Of a stretch of 64,000 nucleotides of DNA, positions 8,946 through 18,762 are shown one piece after another. A program made the translations under genes and the position numbers. A model generated the notes under the pieces. That model saw nothing but the letters and a program-made list of their open reading frames with translations, searched no databases and was not told the DNA's origin. Positions within the stretch are counted from its first letter, which is position 1, and each line of letters begins with the position of its first letter. The stretch comes from Lacibacter sp. GTDB lineage: Bacteria > Bacteroidota > Bacteroidia > Chitinophagales > Chitinophagaceae. The DNA lies in assembly GCA_046297415.1 (NCBI GenBank), contig JBKBIL010000003.1:193070-257069 (forward strand), written 5' to 3'.

Positions 8946-10328
8946 TTATTGCCGCTCATAGCAACCCAGGTCGGGCAGGCCCACGCGGGGCAAACCGTCC
9001 AGGTCGGTAAGCAGCGGAGTAACCATGCCGCGGTTAATGGCGGGCGAGCCGGCCCGCAGACGATAGTTAAAGATGCGGCGGCCGGCATCTACACTGTCAA
9101 ATGCGGGGTCGGTATTGCGAATTACGTTGGTGAAGCTGGTATGTTGCGGGTCGGTACGGGCCCGAAACAAAACGTGCTGCAACACCACGTTGGCGGGGGC
9201 GGTTCCTTCGCGTTGCACTACAATTTCGTTATCCACAAAGCCTTCGCTGCCCCAAATGATGCAGTTGGTGAAATTAGCCTGCAGGGGGGCCGTGATAACC
9301 TGCCCGTTTTGGCGGGTGAAATTGGTAGCCACCACAACCGGACTTTTATGGGTAATAAAGCTGTTGGAGTACGAAACGGCCGTGCAATGCGTAAAACTGT
9401 ACGAACCGCCGTACACCAGTAAGATGTTGTTGCCGCTGTTGCTGATGAGGCAGTTGCCGGCGCTGATGCTGCTGTTAAAGCCCAGCAGGGCGGCATCGTA
9501 CATATTGTCGAGTATGCAGTTGAGCAGCGTTACCTTGGGCTGCCCGCCGGGGGCGGGGCCTTCGGCTATGATACCCTGATAGGCGTTTTTAATGATGGCA
9601 TGCGTCAGCACGTTGTTGCGGCTGCTGCCGCGGAAATATATGCCGGGCCAGCTGCCGGGAAAGTTGCGGTAAGGCAGGTCGAGGCGGTTGCCCTGAAAGG
9701 TTATGCTATCGGTTTTGGTACCGTTTACCACCAGGCTGCCATCCACCACCAGGGGGGCGCTTGCCTGCAGGTGCACCCGGGTGCCCGGCTGCAGGGTAAG
9801 GGTGGCCGGCGTGTCAACATACAAGCCCCCCAGTATTACGTAGGGGAGGGTGTTGTCCCAAACGGTATTGGTGCGAATGACCGTGTTGCGCAGGTAGCGT
9901 GCGTTTTGTCCCCAGGCTTCCAGTTGTACAAAGCTGCGATTGTTGTTCCACTCCACGGCAATGCTATCGTTGAGCACAAACGGTTGCAAATCGGCATTGG
10001 GGTTAATGTTTACGCTTACAAACACGTACATGCTGTCGTTGCCCTCAATTTCGAGGTCGGTAACAACGGTGCCGGCAATACCGTCCACATTCATGCGAAA
10101 CGGCGAGGTACTGCCGCCCATCAGTTGCACTTTGCTGATGCGGATGGGTTGCCGGTTTTCGTTTTTGATGAGAAAGAAGCGGGTGGTGGAGCCGGCGTTG
10201 GTAAAAACGGTATCAAAGCGTACCGAATCGGCTGAAAGCAGCAGGCGGGCATCCTTGTTGGTAAGGGTGTCTTTACGGCAGGCCGCCAATAGGGCCAGCG
10301 GCAGCAGTATGTATAAAAAAAATTTCAC
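8946..10328 (-). CDS. Lipoprotein with beta-helix-like repeats and choice-of-anchor Q-like tail
   Basis: Lipobox LLAAC; C-terminal SPAINRG...DLDGLPRVGLPDLGCYE. Confidence 0.7.
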   Translation of the reverse strand: MKFFLYILLPLALLAACRKDTLTNKDARLLLSADSVRFDTVFTNAGSTTRFFLIKNENRQPIRISKVQLMGGSTSPFRMNVDGIAGTVVTDLEIEGNDSMYVFVSVNINPNADLQPFVLNDSIAVEWNNNRSFVQLEAWGQNARYLRNTVIRTNTVWDNTLPYVILGGLYVDTPATLTLQPGTRVHLQASAPLVVDGSLVVNGTKTDSITFQGNRLDLPYRNFPGSWPGIYFRGSSRNNVLTHAIIKNAYQGIIAEGPAPGGQPKVTLLNCILDNMYDAALLGFNSSISAGNCLISNSGNNILLVYGGSYSFTHCTAVSYSNSFITHKSPVVVATNFTRQNGQVITAPLQANFTNCIIWGSEGFVDNEIVVQREGTAPANVVLQHVLFRARTDPQHTSFTNVIRNTDPAFDSVDAGRRIFNYRLRAGSPAINRGMVTPLLTDLDGLPRVGLPDLGCYERQ

Positions 10329-10363
10329 GCCCTGTAAAAATAAGCAAGCCCGGCCGAATGGCC

Positions 10364-11095
10364 TTAATCCTTTGTGGCCCAGGCCAGGGTGGCAATACTC
10401 AACTGTACCCCCGGCACCTGCAGCAGGGTGGCGCCGCAGGCTTCCAACGTGGCGCCGGTGGTAACCACATCATCTACCAGCAACACATGCGTGTTTGCCA
10501 ACGTCTGGGGCTTTGCGATGTAAAAGCTGCCGGCTACATTGCTGCGGCGCTCAAGGCGGCTTTTACGGGTTTGCGTGGCGGTGTTTTTGCTGCGGATGAT
10601 TACATCGTCCCACACCGGCAACTGCAATACTTCGGCCATGCCGGCGCAGAGGCGTTCGGCCTGGTTGTAACCCCGTTGTTGTTGCCGGTGGGCAAACAGG
10701 GGCATGGGTACCAGTGCCTGTACTGCGGCAAAGCGGTTGCTCTGCTGCAGTTGCTGCCCCATCCACCGGCCCAGTTGCAGGCCCACTTCGGGCCGGTTTT
10801 TGTATTTGAGTGCATGTATTAACTGCTGCAAAGCCGTTTGTTTGTTGAAGTAATAGGTGGCGCTGGCGGCCTGCACCGGCAGCAGTCCATAAAACATTCG
10901 TTCCACCGGGTTGCCGGCGTGTTTTTCAAAGCCGGTGAGCGGCAGCTGGTAATGGCACAGGAAGCAGATGTGTTGCTGTTGTTCCAGCAAATCGCTGCCG
11001 CAACCGGCGCAGGTATGCGGGTAGAAGAGGTGCAGCAGGTCGTTGATCCAGGTGTATAGGTTCCGGCGCATACGTATAGCGCCAATAAGATACAA
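10364..11095 (-). CDS. comF: ComF family phosphoribosyltransferase-like protein
   Basis: CAGC...CFLC zinc motif, RGYNQA, VLLVDDVVTTGATL. The true start may be a few codons downstream. Confidence 0.88.
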   Translation of the reverse strand: MYLIGAIRMRRNLYTWINDLLHLFYPHTCAGCGSDLLEQQQHICFLCHYQLPLTGFEKHAGNPVERMFYGLLPVQAASATYYFNKQTALQQLIHALKYKNRPEVGLQLGRWMGQQLQQSNRFAAVQALVPMPLFAHRQQQRGYNQAERLCAGMAEVLQLPVWDDVIIRSKNTATQTRKSRLERRSNVAGSFYIAKPQTLANTHVLLVDDVVTTGATLEACGATLLQVPGVQLSIATLAWATKD

Positions 11096-11130
11096 ACACT
11101 GTAGTACAAGAGCAAATGAGTAGGGTCGGT

Positions 11131-12522
11131 TTATACAAACAGGTATCGGTACAATTCTTCCACCTTGCTCATGGTTATTATTTCAATGTTGTATTTATTC
11201 TGGGGTTTTTGCCGGCCCTGATGTTGGGCGCCCAGGTTGTAACGACTGATAATAATTTTTTCAAAACCCAGTTTTTCGGCTTCGGCTATGCGTTGTTCAA
11301 TGCGGTTTACGGCCCGTATTTCGCCGCTCAGTCCTACTTCGCCGGCAAAGCAAATCTGCGAGTTCAGCGGCACATCTTCGTAGCTCGAGAGCAGGGCACA
11401 GAGTACGGCCAGGTCAATCGAAGGGTCTTCCACTTTCAATCCGCCGGCGATGTTCAGAAACACATCTTTGGTGCCAAACTGAAAGCCGCCGCGTTTTTCG
11501 AGTACGGCCAGCAGTAGTTGCAGGCGGCGCAGGTCAAAACCACTTACGGTTCGTTGCGGCGTGCCGTACACGCTTTGCGTTACCAGGGCCTGTACCTCAA
11601 TCAGCAACGGACGTAAACCCTCCATCGTTGCGGAAATGGCAATACCGCTGAGTTGTTCTTCTTTTTGGGTGATGAGTATTTCGCTGGGGTTGCTTACGGG
11701 GCGCATGCCGGTGGCCGTCATTTCATAAATGCCCAGCTCGGAGGTGGAGCCGAAGCGGTTTTTCATGGTGCGTAAAATGCGGTAGGTATAATGCCGGTCG
11801 CCTTCAAACTGCAGCACAGTATCCACCATATGCTCCAATATTTTGGGGCCGGCAATGCTGCCGTCTTTGGTAATATGTCCGATTAAAAAAACCGGAATAT
11901 TGGTTTCCTTGGCAAAGCGCTGCAGCTCGGCGGCGGTTTCACGGATTTGCGATATGCTGCCCGGTCCGCTTTCGATATAAGGTGTTTGCAGGGTTTGGAT
12001 GGAATCAATAATCACTACCTGGGGTTGCAGTTTTTTGACTTCCTGAAAAATGGTGTTGGTGGAGGTTTCGGTAAGCAGGTAAAACGCATCGTTCTGCAGT
12101 TGCAGGCGGTCGGCCCGCATGCGAATTTGCTGGCTGCTTTCTTCGCCGCTTACATACAGGGTACGGATACCCTGCAGTTGTAAACCCAGTTGTAAAAACA
12201 AAGTGGATTTACCGATGCCCGGCTCGCCGGCTATCAGCACTATGCTGCCGGGCACAATGCCGCCGCCCAGCACCCGGTTGAGTTCGTTATCGGGCGTAAG
12301 AATGCGTTGTTCTGTTGTGCCCAATACCTCCTGCAGCAGCACGGCTTTTGCCGCTTCGCCTGTGTTGCGTTCTTTCCAAAGCTGTTTGGAACTGCCGGTA
12401 TCTTTGGATATTACTTCTTCAATAAACGTGTTCCACTCGTTGCAGGCCGGACATTTCCCCAGCCATTTAGCCGATTCATAGCCGCAGTTGCGACAAAAAA
12501 ATGCGGTCTTCACTTTTGCCAT
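11131..12522 (-). CDS. radA: DNA repair protein RadA/Sms
   Basis: CRNCG...CPAC zinc finger, GEPGIGKST, MKNRFG (KNRFG), Lon-like C-terminus GEVGLSGEIR. Confidence 0.96.
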   Translation of the reverse strand: MAKVKTAFFCRNCGYESAKWLGKCPACNEWNTFIEEVISKDTGSSKQLWKERNTGEAAKAVLLQEVLGTTEQRILTPDNELNRVLGGGIVPGSIVLIAGEPGIGKSTLFLQLGLQLQGIRTLYVSGEESSQQIRMRADRLQLQNDAFYLLTETSTNTIFQEVKKLQPQVVIIDSIQTLQTPYIESGPGSISQIRETAAELQRFAKETNIPVFLIGHITKDGSIAGPKILEHMVDTVLQFEGDRHYTYRILRTMKNRFGSTSELGIYEMTATGMRPVSNPSEILITQKEEQLSGIAISATMEGLRPLLIEVQALVTQSVYGTPQRTVSGFDLRRLQLLLAVLEKRGGFQFGTKDVFLNIAGGLKVEDPSIDLAVLCALLSSYEDVPLNSQICFAGEVGLSGEIRAVNRIEQRIAEAEKLGFEKIIISRYNLGAQHQGRQKPQNKYNIEIITMSKVEELYRYLFV

Positions 12523-12579
12523 GGCGTAAAGGTAGGGGCTTCGCTTTGCATGGTATTTGCGTAGGGGGGTGCAAATTTT

Positions 12580-12724
12580 ACCGCAACGGTCGCAATGCTT
12601 TCACGAGGAGCACAAAGTGATAGATCATATCAGGAGTTTCCAATTTTTCTCTTCGTTCCAATTTCAAGTTATCGGATTGGGAATGCCTTGTGCCCTTTGT
12701 GCATTTCTTCGTGCCCTTTGTGGT
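12580..12724. repeat. Inverted pair of 9-nt-periodic repeats around a ~70-nt AT-rich spacer
   Basis: 12580-12617 ACCGCAACGGTCGCAATG...CACGAGGAGCACAAAG resembles the reverse complement of 12687-12724 (ACCACAAAGGGCACGAAGAAATGCACAAAGGGCAC). Confidence 0.65.
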
Positions 12725-12834
12725 TGTAGAATTTTTCAAAACTAATTGCAGGGAGATCTTTTTTTGGGGCACCAGATGCAACGCCGCCGGGCTCGTTTAT
12801 GGAGGTAAAAATGCGGCTGCAGGGCAGGGTTTAT

Positions 12835-12893
12835 AAAAAGTAAAAGGGCTGGAATTGCTTCCAACCCTTTGTACTTACTAACCCATTAAATTC
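12835..12893 (-). ncRNA. Candidate ~60-nt small RNA
   Basis: Minus-strand TTTG-N18-TAATTTAG promoter (12928-12899) followed within 60 nt by hairpin AAAGGGTTGGAA-GCAA-TTCCAGCCCTTT and a U tract; no ORF in between. Confidence 0.45.
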
Positions 12894-13199
12894 TATTGCT
12901 AAATTACAAATAACCCCCACATTTCAAAATTATTTTTGGCCCCTGTGAATAAGTTTTTGACCGGCGGCTGGCACCGGAAAAGCTGGCAGGACTTTTCGGA
13001 AAACGATTTTATTTTATTGTAAATCAAACACTTGTGAGGGTGTCTTTCAAAAAGCTGCCGCAAAGTCTCAACAAAGAAAAGGTGCTGGAAATCAGCCGGG
13101 TACGCCAAATTGGCGGAAGGCAGGACGGGTTGTGTCGAAATGCGATTTTTAACAGCTTTGGTAAGCCTTTTGCAGTTTATTTTGCCAAAAAAACGAGCA

Positions 13200-13889
13200 A
13201 TGACTCCCGGAATTCTTTTTATCTCCTTAGTGTTTATGGTAATTGGCTTTTTGGTGCAAATGCAACTGAAAAGCAAGTTTAAAAAATACAGCCAGGAGCC
13301 CCTGATGAGCGGCCTGACCGGCCGGCAGGTGGCCGAAAAAATGCTGATAGAACACGGCATCCACGATGTGAAAGTGGTGTCGGTAGAAGGTTTTTTGACC
13401 GACCATTACAACCCGCTGAACAAAACCGTAAACCTCAGCCCCGAAGTATATAATGGTAACTCCATTGCGGCTGCGGCCGTAGCTGCCCACGAGGTAGGCC
13501 ATGCGGTACAGCATGCTACGGCTTACCAGTGGCTGATGCTGCGCTCCCGCCTGGTGCCCCTGGTGCAGGTAAGCAGCACACTGTCGCAATGGGTAATACT
13601 GGCCGGACTGGGTTTGGGCTTTGGTAGCGGTAATGCTACCGTACTGCTGATTGGTATCGGTTTATTTGCCATTTCTACCCTGTTTTCCATCATTACCCTG
13701 CCGGTGGAATTTGATGCCAGCAACCGGGCGCTTGCCTGGCTCAATCATACCAATGTAACCAACAGCTACGAAGCCCCCGGTGCCAAAGATGCCCTCAAAT
13801 GGGCTGCCATGACCTATGTTGTGGCTGCCTTGGCTTCGGTTGCCATGTTGGTGCAGTACATACTGATATTTTTAGGCAGACGCGATTAA
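13200..13889 (+). CDS. YugP-like membrane zinc metallopeptidase
   Basis: LTDHYNP, AAHEVGHAVQ (HExxH), TLPVEFDASNRA. Start set at ATG 13200. Confidence 0.88.
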   Translation: MTPGILFISLVFMVIGFLVQMQLKSKFKKYSQEPLMSGLTGRQVAEKMLIEHGIHDVKVVSVEGFLTDHYNPLNKTVNLSPEVYNGNSIAAAAVAAHEVGHAVQHATAYQWLMLRSRLVPLVQVSSTLSQWVILAGLGLGFGSGNATVLLIGIGLFAISTLFSIITLPVEFDASNRALAWLNHTNVTNSYEAPGAKDALKWAAMTYVVAALASVAMLVQYILIFLGRRD

Positions 13890-13909
13890 AACTATCAATT
13901 TTTTTCATG

Positions 13910-13948
13910 AAAACAGCAGGCTTTCTTCAAAAAGCCTGCTGTTTTTTT
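13910..13948. terminator. Intrinsic terminator
   Basis: AAAACAGCAGGCTTT ... AAAGCCTGCTGTTTT inverted repeat. Confidence 0.85.
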
Positions 13949-14099
13949 ATATATGCAAATAATATATGTGAAAATAATTTATGGGCTTGTGCAGCGCCCG
14001 GGGTATTATTCCTGTCCGGTGTAATTACGAGGTATTTTTAACAAAAAATTTACGAAGTCGTTTTTTTTTCTATTTTCACGTTCAATCAAAACAACTGAC

Positions 14100-17000
14100 A
14101 TGAGAAAATTGCTCCAACTGATGTTGGGTTTCATGCTGGTTTTCAGTTACGCATGGGCTCAAAACAGAGAGGTAACCGGTAAAGTTACCGATGCAAAAGA
14201 TGGTTCACCGCTTTCGGGTGTTACAATTCGTGTAAAAGGATCGAATACGGTTGCATTGTCCAATCCGGACGGTTCCTTTAAAATTTCCGTTCCTGCCGGC
14301 AGGGTAATTCTGCAATTCTCCTTTGTGGGATTTGAAGAATTGGAATTGCCGGTTACCGGCAATACTGCCATGGTGGCCTTAACCCCCGGTGCACGCACCA
14401 TGCAGGAAGTGGTGATCACCGGTTTCGGTACGCAAATCAAACGGGAGGTAACCGGTAACATTGCCCGGGTAAAGGGTAAGGAAATTGAAAACATGCCAAC
14501 TCCTACCGTTGATGCGGCCCTGCAGGGACGTGCCGCCGGTGTGTATGTTAACAGCCAGTCGGGTAAACTGGGCCAGGCGGTTAGCGTACGGGTACGGGGT
14601 AACTCTTCGGTAAGTGCCGGTAACGAACCGCTTTACGTGGTTGACGGTGTGCCCATTACTACTTACAGCCAAAGCAGCTATGGTGGTGCTACCAACCCGC
14701 TGGTTGACCTCAACCCCAACGATATTGAGTCGATTGAAGTATTGAAAGATGCTTCTGCCGGCGCTATTTACGGTGCCCGTGCCGCTAACGGCGTGGTGCT
14801 GATAACTACAAAAAAAGGAAAGAGCGGTAAAACCAACGTGAGTGTGAACTTTCAAACAGGCTACTCTGAATCTACCCGCCGTGTTCCCATGCTGAACTCG
14901 GAACAATATGCTGAGTTGTTGCTGGAAGGAGCCAAATACATTGACGATTCTTATGGCACTCCCATCACCGATCCGTTTAGCGAAACGCAATATGCCAAAG
15001 ACTGGATGAGCTACTTCAGCTACGGACAGTGGGATACGGATCCTAAAAAAACCTACGATTGGCAGGATGTGGTGTTCCAAAAGGGGTTATACAACCAGGC
15101 CGATGTGCAAATGAGCGGTGGTAACGACAAAACCAAGTTCTTCATGTCGGGCCAGTACCTCGATCAAAAAGGAATCATCATCGGTAACAATCTCGAGCGT
15201 TTTACCGGCCGTTTGAATTTGGATCATAAGGCCAACGACTGGCTCACGCTGGGCCTTACCACCAGTGTGGCCCGTACCTTGAACCGCCGCTTGCCCGACG
15301 ACAACGCCTTCTCCAACCCGTTGCAAAGTGTGGCTCTGATGCCCATGACGCCCAATATTGATCCCAATACGGGCTTGCCCGCGGGAACGCCTCCGGGTGA
15401 TGTAAACATTCCGATGTATTACAACCCCATCATTACCGTTAACTATGCCAAGTTTACCGCCGAATCGTTCCGGAATTTCAGCAACGGTTATGCAACCGCC
15501 AAGTTGGCTCCCGGCCTTATTTTCCAGAGTGAATTTGGTGTGGACCTGCTGAGCCAGCAGGAAGAAGGTTACTTCCAGTCACAAACCGTGCGCAACCAAA
15601 CCCGTGCGGTACGCGGCCTGGGTATCAACCGCGGTACCTTTGTTACCAACTATAATACCAACAACTATTTCAACTATACCAATACATTCGGTAAGAGCGA
15701 TATTTCGGCAACACTGGGTATGCAATACCAGCAGTCAACCGCCAAATACAATTTTGTAGAAGGCCTCGACTTCCCCTCGGATTCGTACCAGCGTATCGCC
15801 AGCGCTGCCACCATTTCCGGCGGTAGCTCTTCGGAAACCAACTTCCGTTTCCTTTCGTACTTCCTGCGGGGTAATTATAAGTTTAACGACAAATACCTGG
15901 TATCGCTCAGCGGACGTATTGATGGCTCTTCCCGCTTTGGTATTAACAATCGTTATGGTTTCTTTCCCGCCGCTTCTGCCGGATGGATTCTTTCGGAAGA
16001 AAAATTCATGAGCAAGATTAAAGATCTGAGCTTCCTGAAACTTCGTGCCAGCTATGGTATTGTGGGTAATGCCGAAATCGGCAACTTCCCCCAGCTGGGC
16101 CTGTTTACCGGTAGTGCCGGTTATGCCGGTATCGGTGGTCAGTTTCCCTCGCAAATCGGTAACCCCGATCTTACTTGGGAAACCAGCAAGCAGTTTGATG
16201 TGGGCTTCGACTTTGGCTTCTTCAACAACCGCCTCACCGGTGAAGTGGACTACTACATCCGCAATTCTGAAGGCCTGCTGTTAAACGTAAACATTCCTAC
16301 CTCAACCGGTTTTGCCTCGGTGGTGAAAAACCTGGGCCGCATGAGCAACAAAGGTTTTGAGTTTGTAATGAATACGCAGAACGTTGTAGGTAAGTTTACC
16401 TGGACTACTTCGCTGAACTTTGCAACCAACCGCAATAAAGTGGTTGACCTGAATGGCCAGGTAATTGAAGGAGGCGTAGGTAACCTGAACCGTGCCATGG
16501 AAGGCCAGCCGCTGGGTGTATTCTTTACCGTTGAATATGCTGGTGTAAATCCGCAAAACGGCGATGCCCAGTTCTATAAAAACGAAAAGAAATCGGATGG
16601 CACCATTGACCGCACCATCCTGAGCAACGCACAATACAACCAGGCGCAGCGTGTGGTGGTAGGCGACCCCAACCCCCGCTGGATTGGTGGCGTTACCAAT
16701 ACCTTCACCTACAAAGGTTTCGACCTCTCGATTTTCTTCAACGGTACGTTTGGAAACAAAGTATCGGTGTTTGGTATGGGCCAGTATTCGATGGCTAACA
16801 TGATTTACGAAGACAACCAAACCGCCGATCAAATGAAGCGTTGGCAAAAGCCCGGCGACATCACCAATGTACCGCAGGCTCGCTACTGGTTTGGTAATGG
16901 CAACCAGCGCAGCAGCCGTTTCATTGTAGATGGTTCGTTTGTACGCCTGCGTACCTTAAACCTGGGATACACTTTTTCGAAAGAAATGCTGAAGCGCATC

Positions 17001-17183
17001 AAGGTTGAACGCCTGCGGGTATATGTATCGGGTATGAACCTGCTTACCTTTACCAACAATTATCCGCTGTGGGATCCGGAAGTGAATGCCGACAGTTTCG
17101 ACAGCAATATTTCAAAGGGCAACGACTTTTACACACCGCCCCAGCCCCGCACCATTTTGTTTGGTATTAACGTAGGATTCTAA
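14100..17183 (+). CDS. susC: SusC/RagA TonB-dependent outer-membrane transporter
   Basis: Signal peptide, CarboxypepD-like N-terminus, plug PLYVVDGVP, IESIEVLKDASAGAIYGARAANGVVLITTKKG, C-terminal F. Confidence 0.95.
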   Translation: MRKLLQLMLGFMLVFSYAWAQNREVTGKVTDAKDGSPLSGVTIRVKGSNTVALSNPDGSFKISVPAGRVILQFSFVGFEELELPVTGNTAMVALTPGARTMQEVVITGFGTQIKREVTGNIARVKGKEIENMPTPTVDAALQGRAAGVYVNSQSGKLGQAVSVRVRGNSSVSAGNEPLYVVDGVPITTYSQSSYGGATNPLVDLNPNDIESIEVLKDASAGAIYGARAANGVVLITTKKGKSGKTNVSVNFQTGYSESTRRVPMLNSEQYAELLLEGAKYIDDSYGTPITDPFSETQYAKDWMSYFSYGQWDTDPKKTYDWQDVVFQKGLYNQADVQMSGGNDKTKFFMSGQYLDQKGIIIGNNLERFTGRLNLDHKANDWLTLGLTTSVARTLNRRLPDDNAFSNPLQSVALMPMTPNIDPNTGLPAGTPPGDVNIPMYYNPIITVNYAKFTAESFRNFSNGYATAKLAPGLIFQSEFGVDLLSQQEEGYFQSQTVRNQTRAVRGLGINRGTFVTNYNTNNYFNYTNTFGKSDISATLGMQYQQSTAKYNFVEGLDFPSDSYQRIASAATISGGSSSETNFRFLSYFLRGNYKFNDKYLVSLSGRIDGSSRFGINNRYGFFPAASAGWILSEEKFMSKIKDLSFLKLRASYGIVGNAEIGNFPQLGLFTGSAGYAGIGGQFPSQIGNPDLTWETSKQFDVGFDFGFFNNRLTGEVDYYIRNSEGLLLNVNIPTSTGFASVVKNLGRMSNKGFEFVMNTQNVVGKFTWTTSLNFATNRNKVVDLNGQVIEGGVGNLNRAMEGQPLGVFFTVEYAGVNPQNGDAQFYKNEKKSDGTIDRTILSNAQYNQAQRVVVGDPNPRWIGGVTNTFTYKGFDLSIFFNGTFGNKVSVFGMGQYSMANMIYEDNQTADQMKRWQKPGDITNVPQARYWFGNGNQRSSRFIVDGSFVRLRTLNLGYTFSKEMLKRIKVERLRVYVSGMNLLTFTNNYPLWDPEVNADSFDSNISKGNDFYTPPQPRTILFGINVGF

Positions 17184-17212
17184 ACCCATTTGCAACCAAA
17201 AAAATTCTGAAC

Positions 17213-18646
17213 ATGAAAAATAAACTCATTGCGCTTTTACTGGTTCCGGTGCTGCTGCTCTCGATCCAGTCTTGCAACAAGCGCCTCGATGTAATTCCCT
17301 TCCAAAGCCTTACTCCGGAGTCAGGGCTTAAAACCGAAGGTGACTTAGTAGGCTTGCTAATCGGTTGCTATGACCGTGTATCCAGTACGGCTGGTTACGG
17401 TGGTGATATACAACTGATGGCCGACCTGTGGGCCAACCGCTATTACCAGCGGTTTCGCGGTACTTTTAACGGATTGCTGCAAATTGCCAGCATTACAACA
17501 ACCAGTAACCTCATTTTGGTAGATAACGGATGGGCCACTTCTCTGTGGCAAAATGCCTACCGTACCATCAACGGCTGTAACCTGGTACTGGAAAACCTCA
17601 ACCTCAGCCAAGGTACAATCCGTAACAAAGCATGGTTGGAGGGCGAAGCATTGTTCCTCCGCGGTTGCATGTATTTTGAACTGGCCCGCTTGTATGGCAA
17701 ACCCTGGGATACCGATAACCCCGCCAACAACAATACCAATTTGGCTGTGCCGCTGGTATTGAAGTCCACCCCCTTTGAAGCAAGTAAACTGACCGATGAG
17801 CACTATCCTGCCCGTGCTACCGTGGCTCAGATTTACAACCAGGCCAAGCAGGATTTACAACGTGCAGAAACATTACTGCCCAATACGCGTTTTCAGCATT
17901 ATGCAACCCGCTGGGCTGCAAAAGCCATGCTATCGCGAATTGCTTTAATGCAACACGATTATGTTACCGCACGTGATAAAGCCAATGAAGTAATACAATC
18001 AGGCCTGTACCCGCTTACATCCGATTTTAACAACCTTTGGTTTAACTACATCAATTTTGGCGGTGTTGCTCCCAACGAATACATTTTCTACATCCGCGTA
18101 ACCACACAGGATGGAACTAACGGTTTAAATACTTATTACGGACAAACCGTAAGCAGCATACCCGGTACGGCCGGTCGCGGCGATATGGATATTCAAACCG
18201 CCTGGGTAAACCTGCATGAAGTAGGCGATTTCCGCCGCACCTATTTCGTAACTACCAACCGTCGGCTTACCCGTAAGCATCTTGATCGTTTTGGACATGT
18301 GCCGGTAATCCGTTCGGCCGAAATGTACCTCACCCGCGCCGAGGCCAACTTCCGCTTGGGAACAGCGGTAGGCGCTACTCCTTTAGATGATGTAAACACC
18401 ATACGCAACCGCGTTAACCTGCCATCGGTAGCTTCGGTTACGCTCGACGATATCATTCGCCAGCGCCACCTCGAACTGGCATTTGAAGGCCATTACCTGC
18501 ACGATATTAAGCGTTTGCGGCTGGCCATGCCGGGTTCTTCCGGAACAAATGGGCCCGCCTGGAACAGCCCGCGTTTGATTATGCCCATCCCCCAACGGGA
18601 GATGGACGTAAACAAGAACCTGGTTCAAAACGAAGGATACAATTAA
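17213..18646 (+). CDS. susD: SusD/RagB nutrient-binding lipoprotein
   Basis: Lipobox IQSC, GEALFLRG, IRSAEMYLTRAEA, ELAFEGH, PIPQREMDVNKNLVQN. Confidence 0.93.
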   Translation: MKNKLIALLLVPVLLLSIQSCNKRLDVIPFQSLTPESGLKTEGDLVGLLIGCYDRVSSTAGYGGDIQLMADLWANRYYQRFRGTFNGLLQIASITTTSNLILVDNGWATSLWQNAYRTINGCNLVLENLNLSQGTIRNKAWLEGEALFLRGCMYFELARLYGKPWDTDNPANNNTNLAVPLVLKSTPFEASKLTDEHYPARATVAQIYNQAKQDLQRAETLLPNTRFQHYATRWAAKAMLSRIALMQHDYVTARDKANEVIQSGLYPLTSDFNNLWFNYINFGGVAPNEYIFYIRVTTQDGTNGLNTYYGQTVSSIPGTAGRGDMDIQTAWVNLHEVGDFRRTYFVTTNRRLTRKHLDRFGHVPVIRSAEMYLTRAEANFRLGTAVGATPLDDVNTIRNRVNLPSVASVTLDDIIRQRHLELAFEGHYLHDIKRLRLAMPGSSGTNGPAWNSPRLIMPIPQREMDVNKNLVQNEGYN

Positions 18647-18669
18647 TAATGAAAGCCAACCTTTCATAT

Positions 18670-18701
18670 AAAAAGAGCCCCGGCATCTGCCGGGGCTCTT
18701 T
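18670..18701 (+). terminator. Intrinsic terminator
   Basis: AAAGAGCCCCGGCA-TC-TGCCGGGGCTCTTT. Confidence 0.85.
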
Positions 18702-18762
18702 CGTTGGGGCGCATTGAAATAACTATTTTTGCAAACGACTGTTCGTAATCAAATTACGTAGA

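Noticed and set aside
12578-12781. Small ORF as a GxxExxY gene remnant
   Set aside because: Only the repeat-derived TTKGTK stretch is suggestive; no GxxExxY motif.
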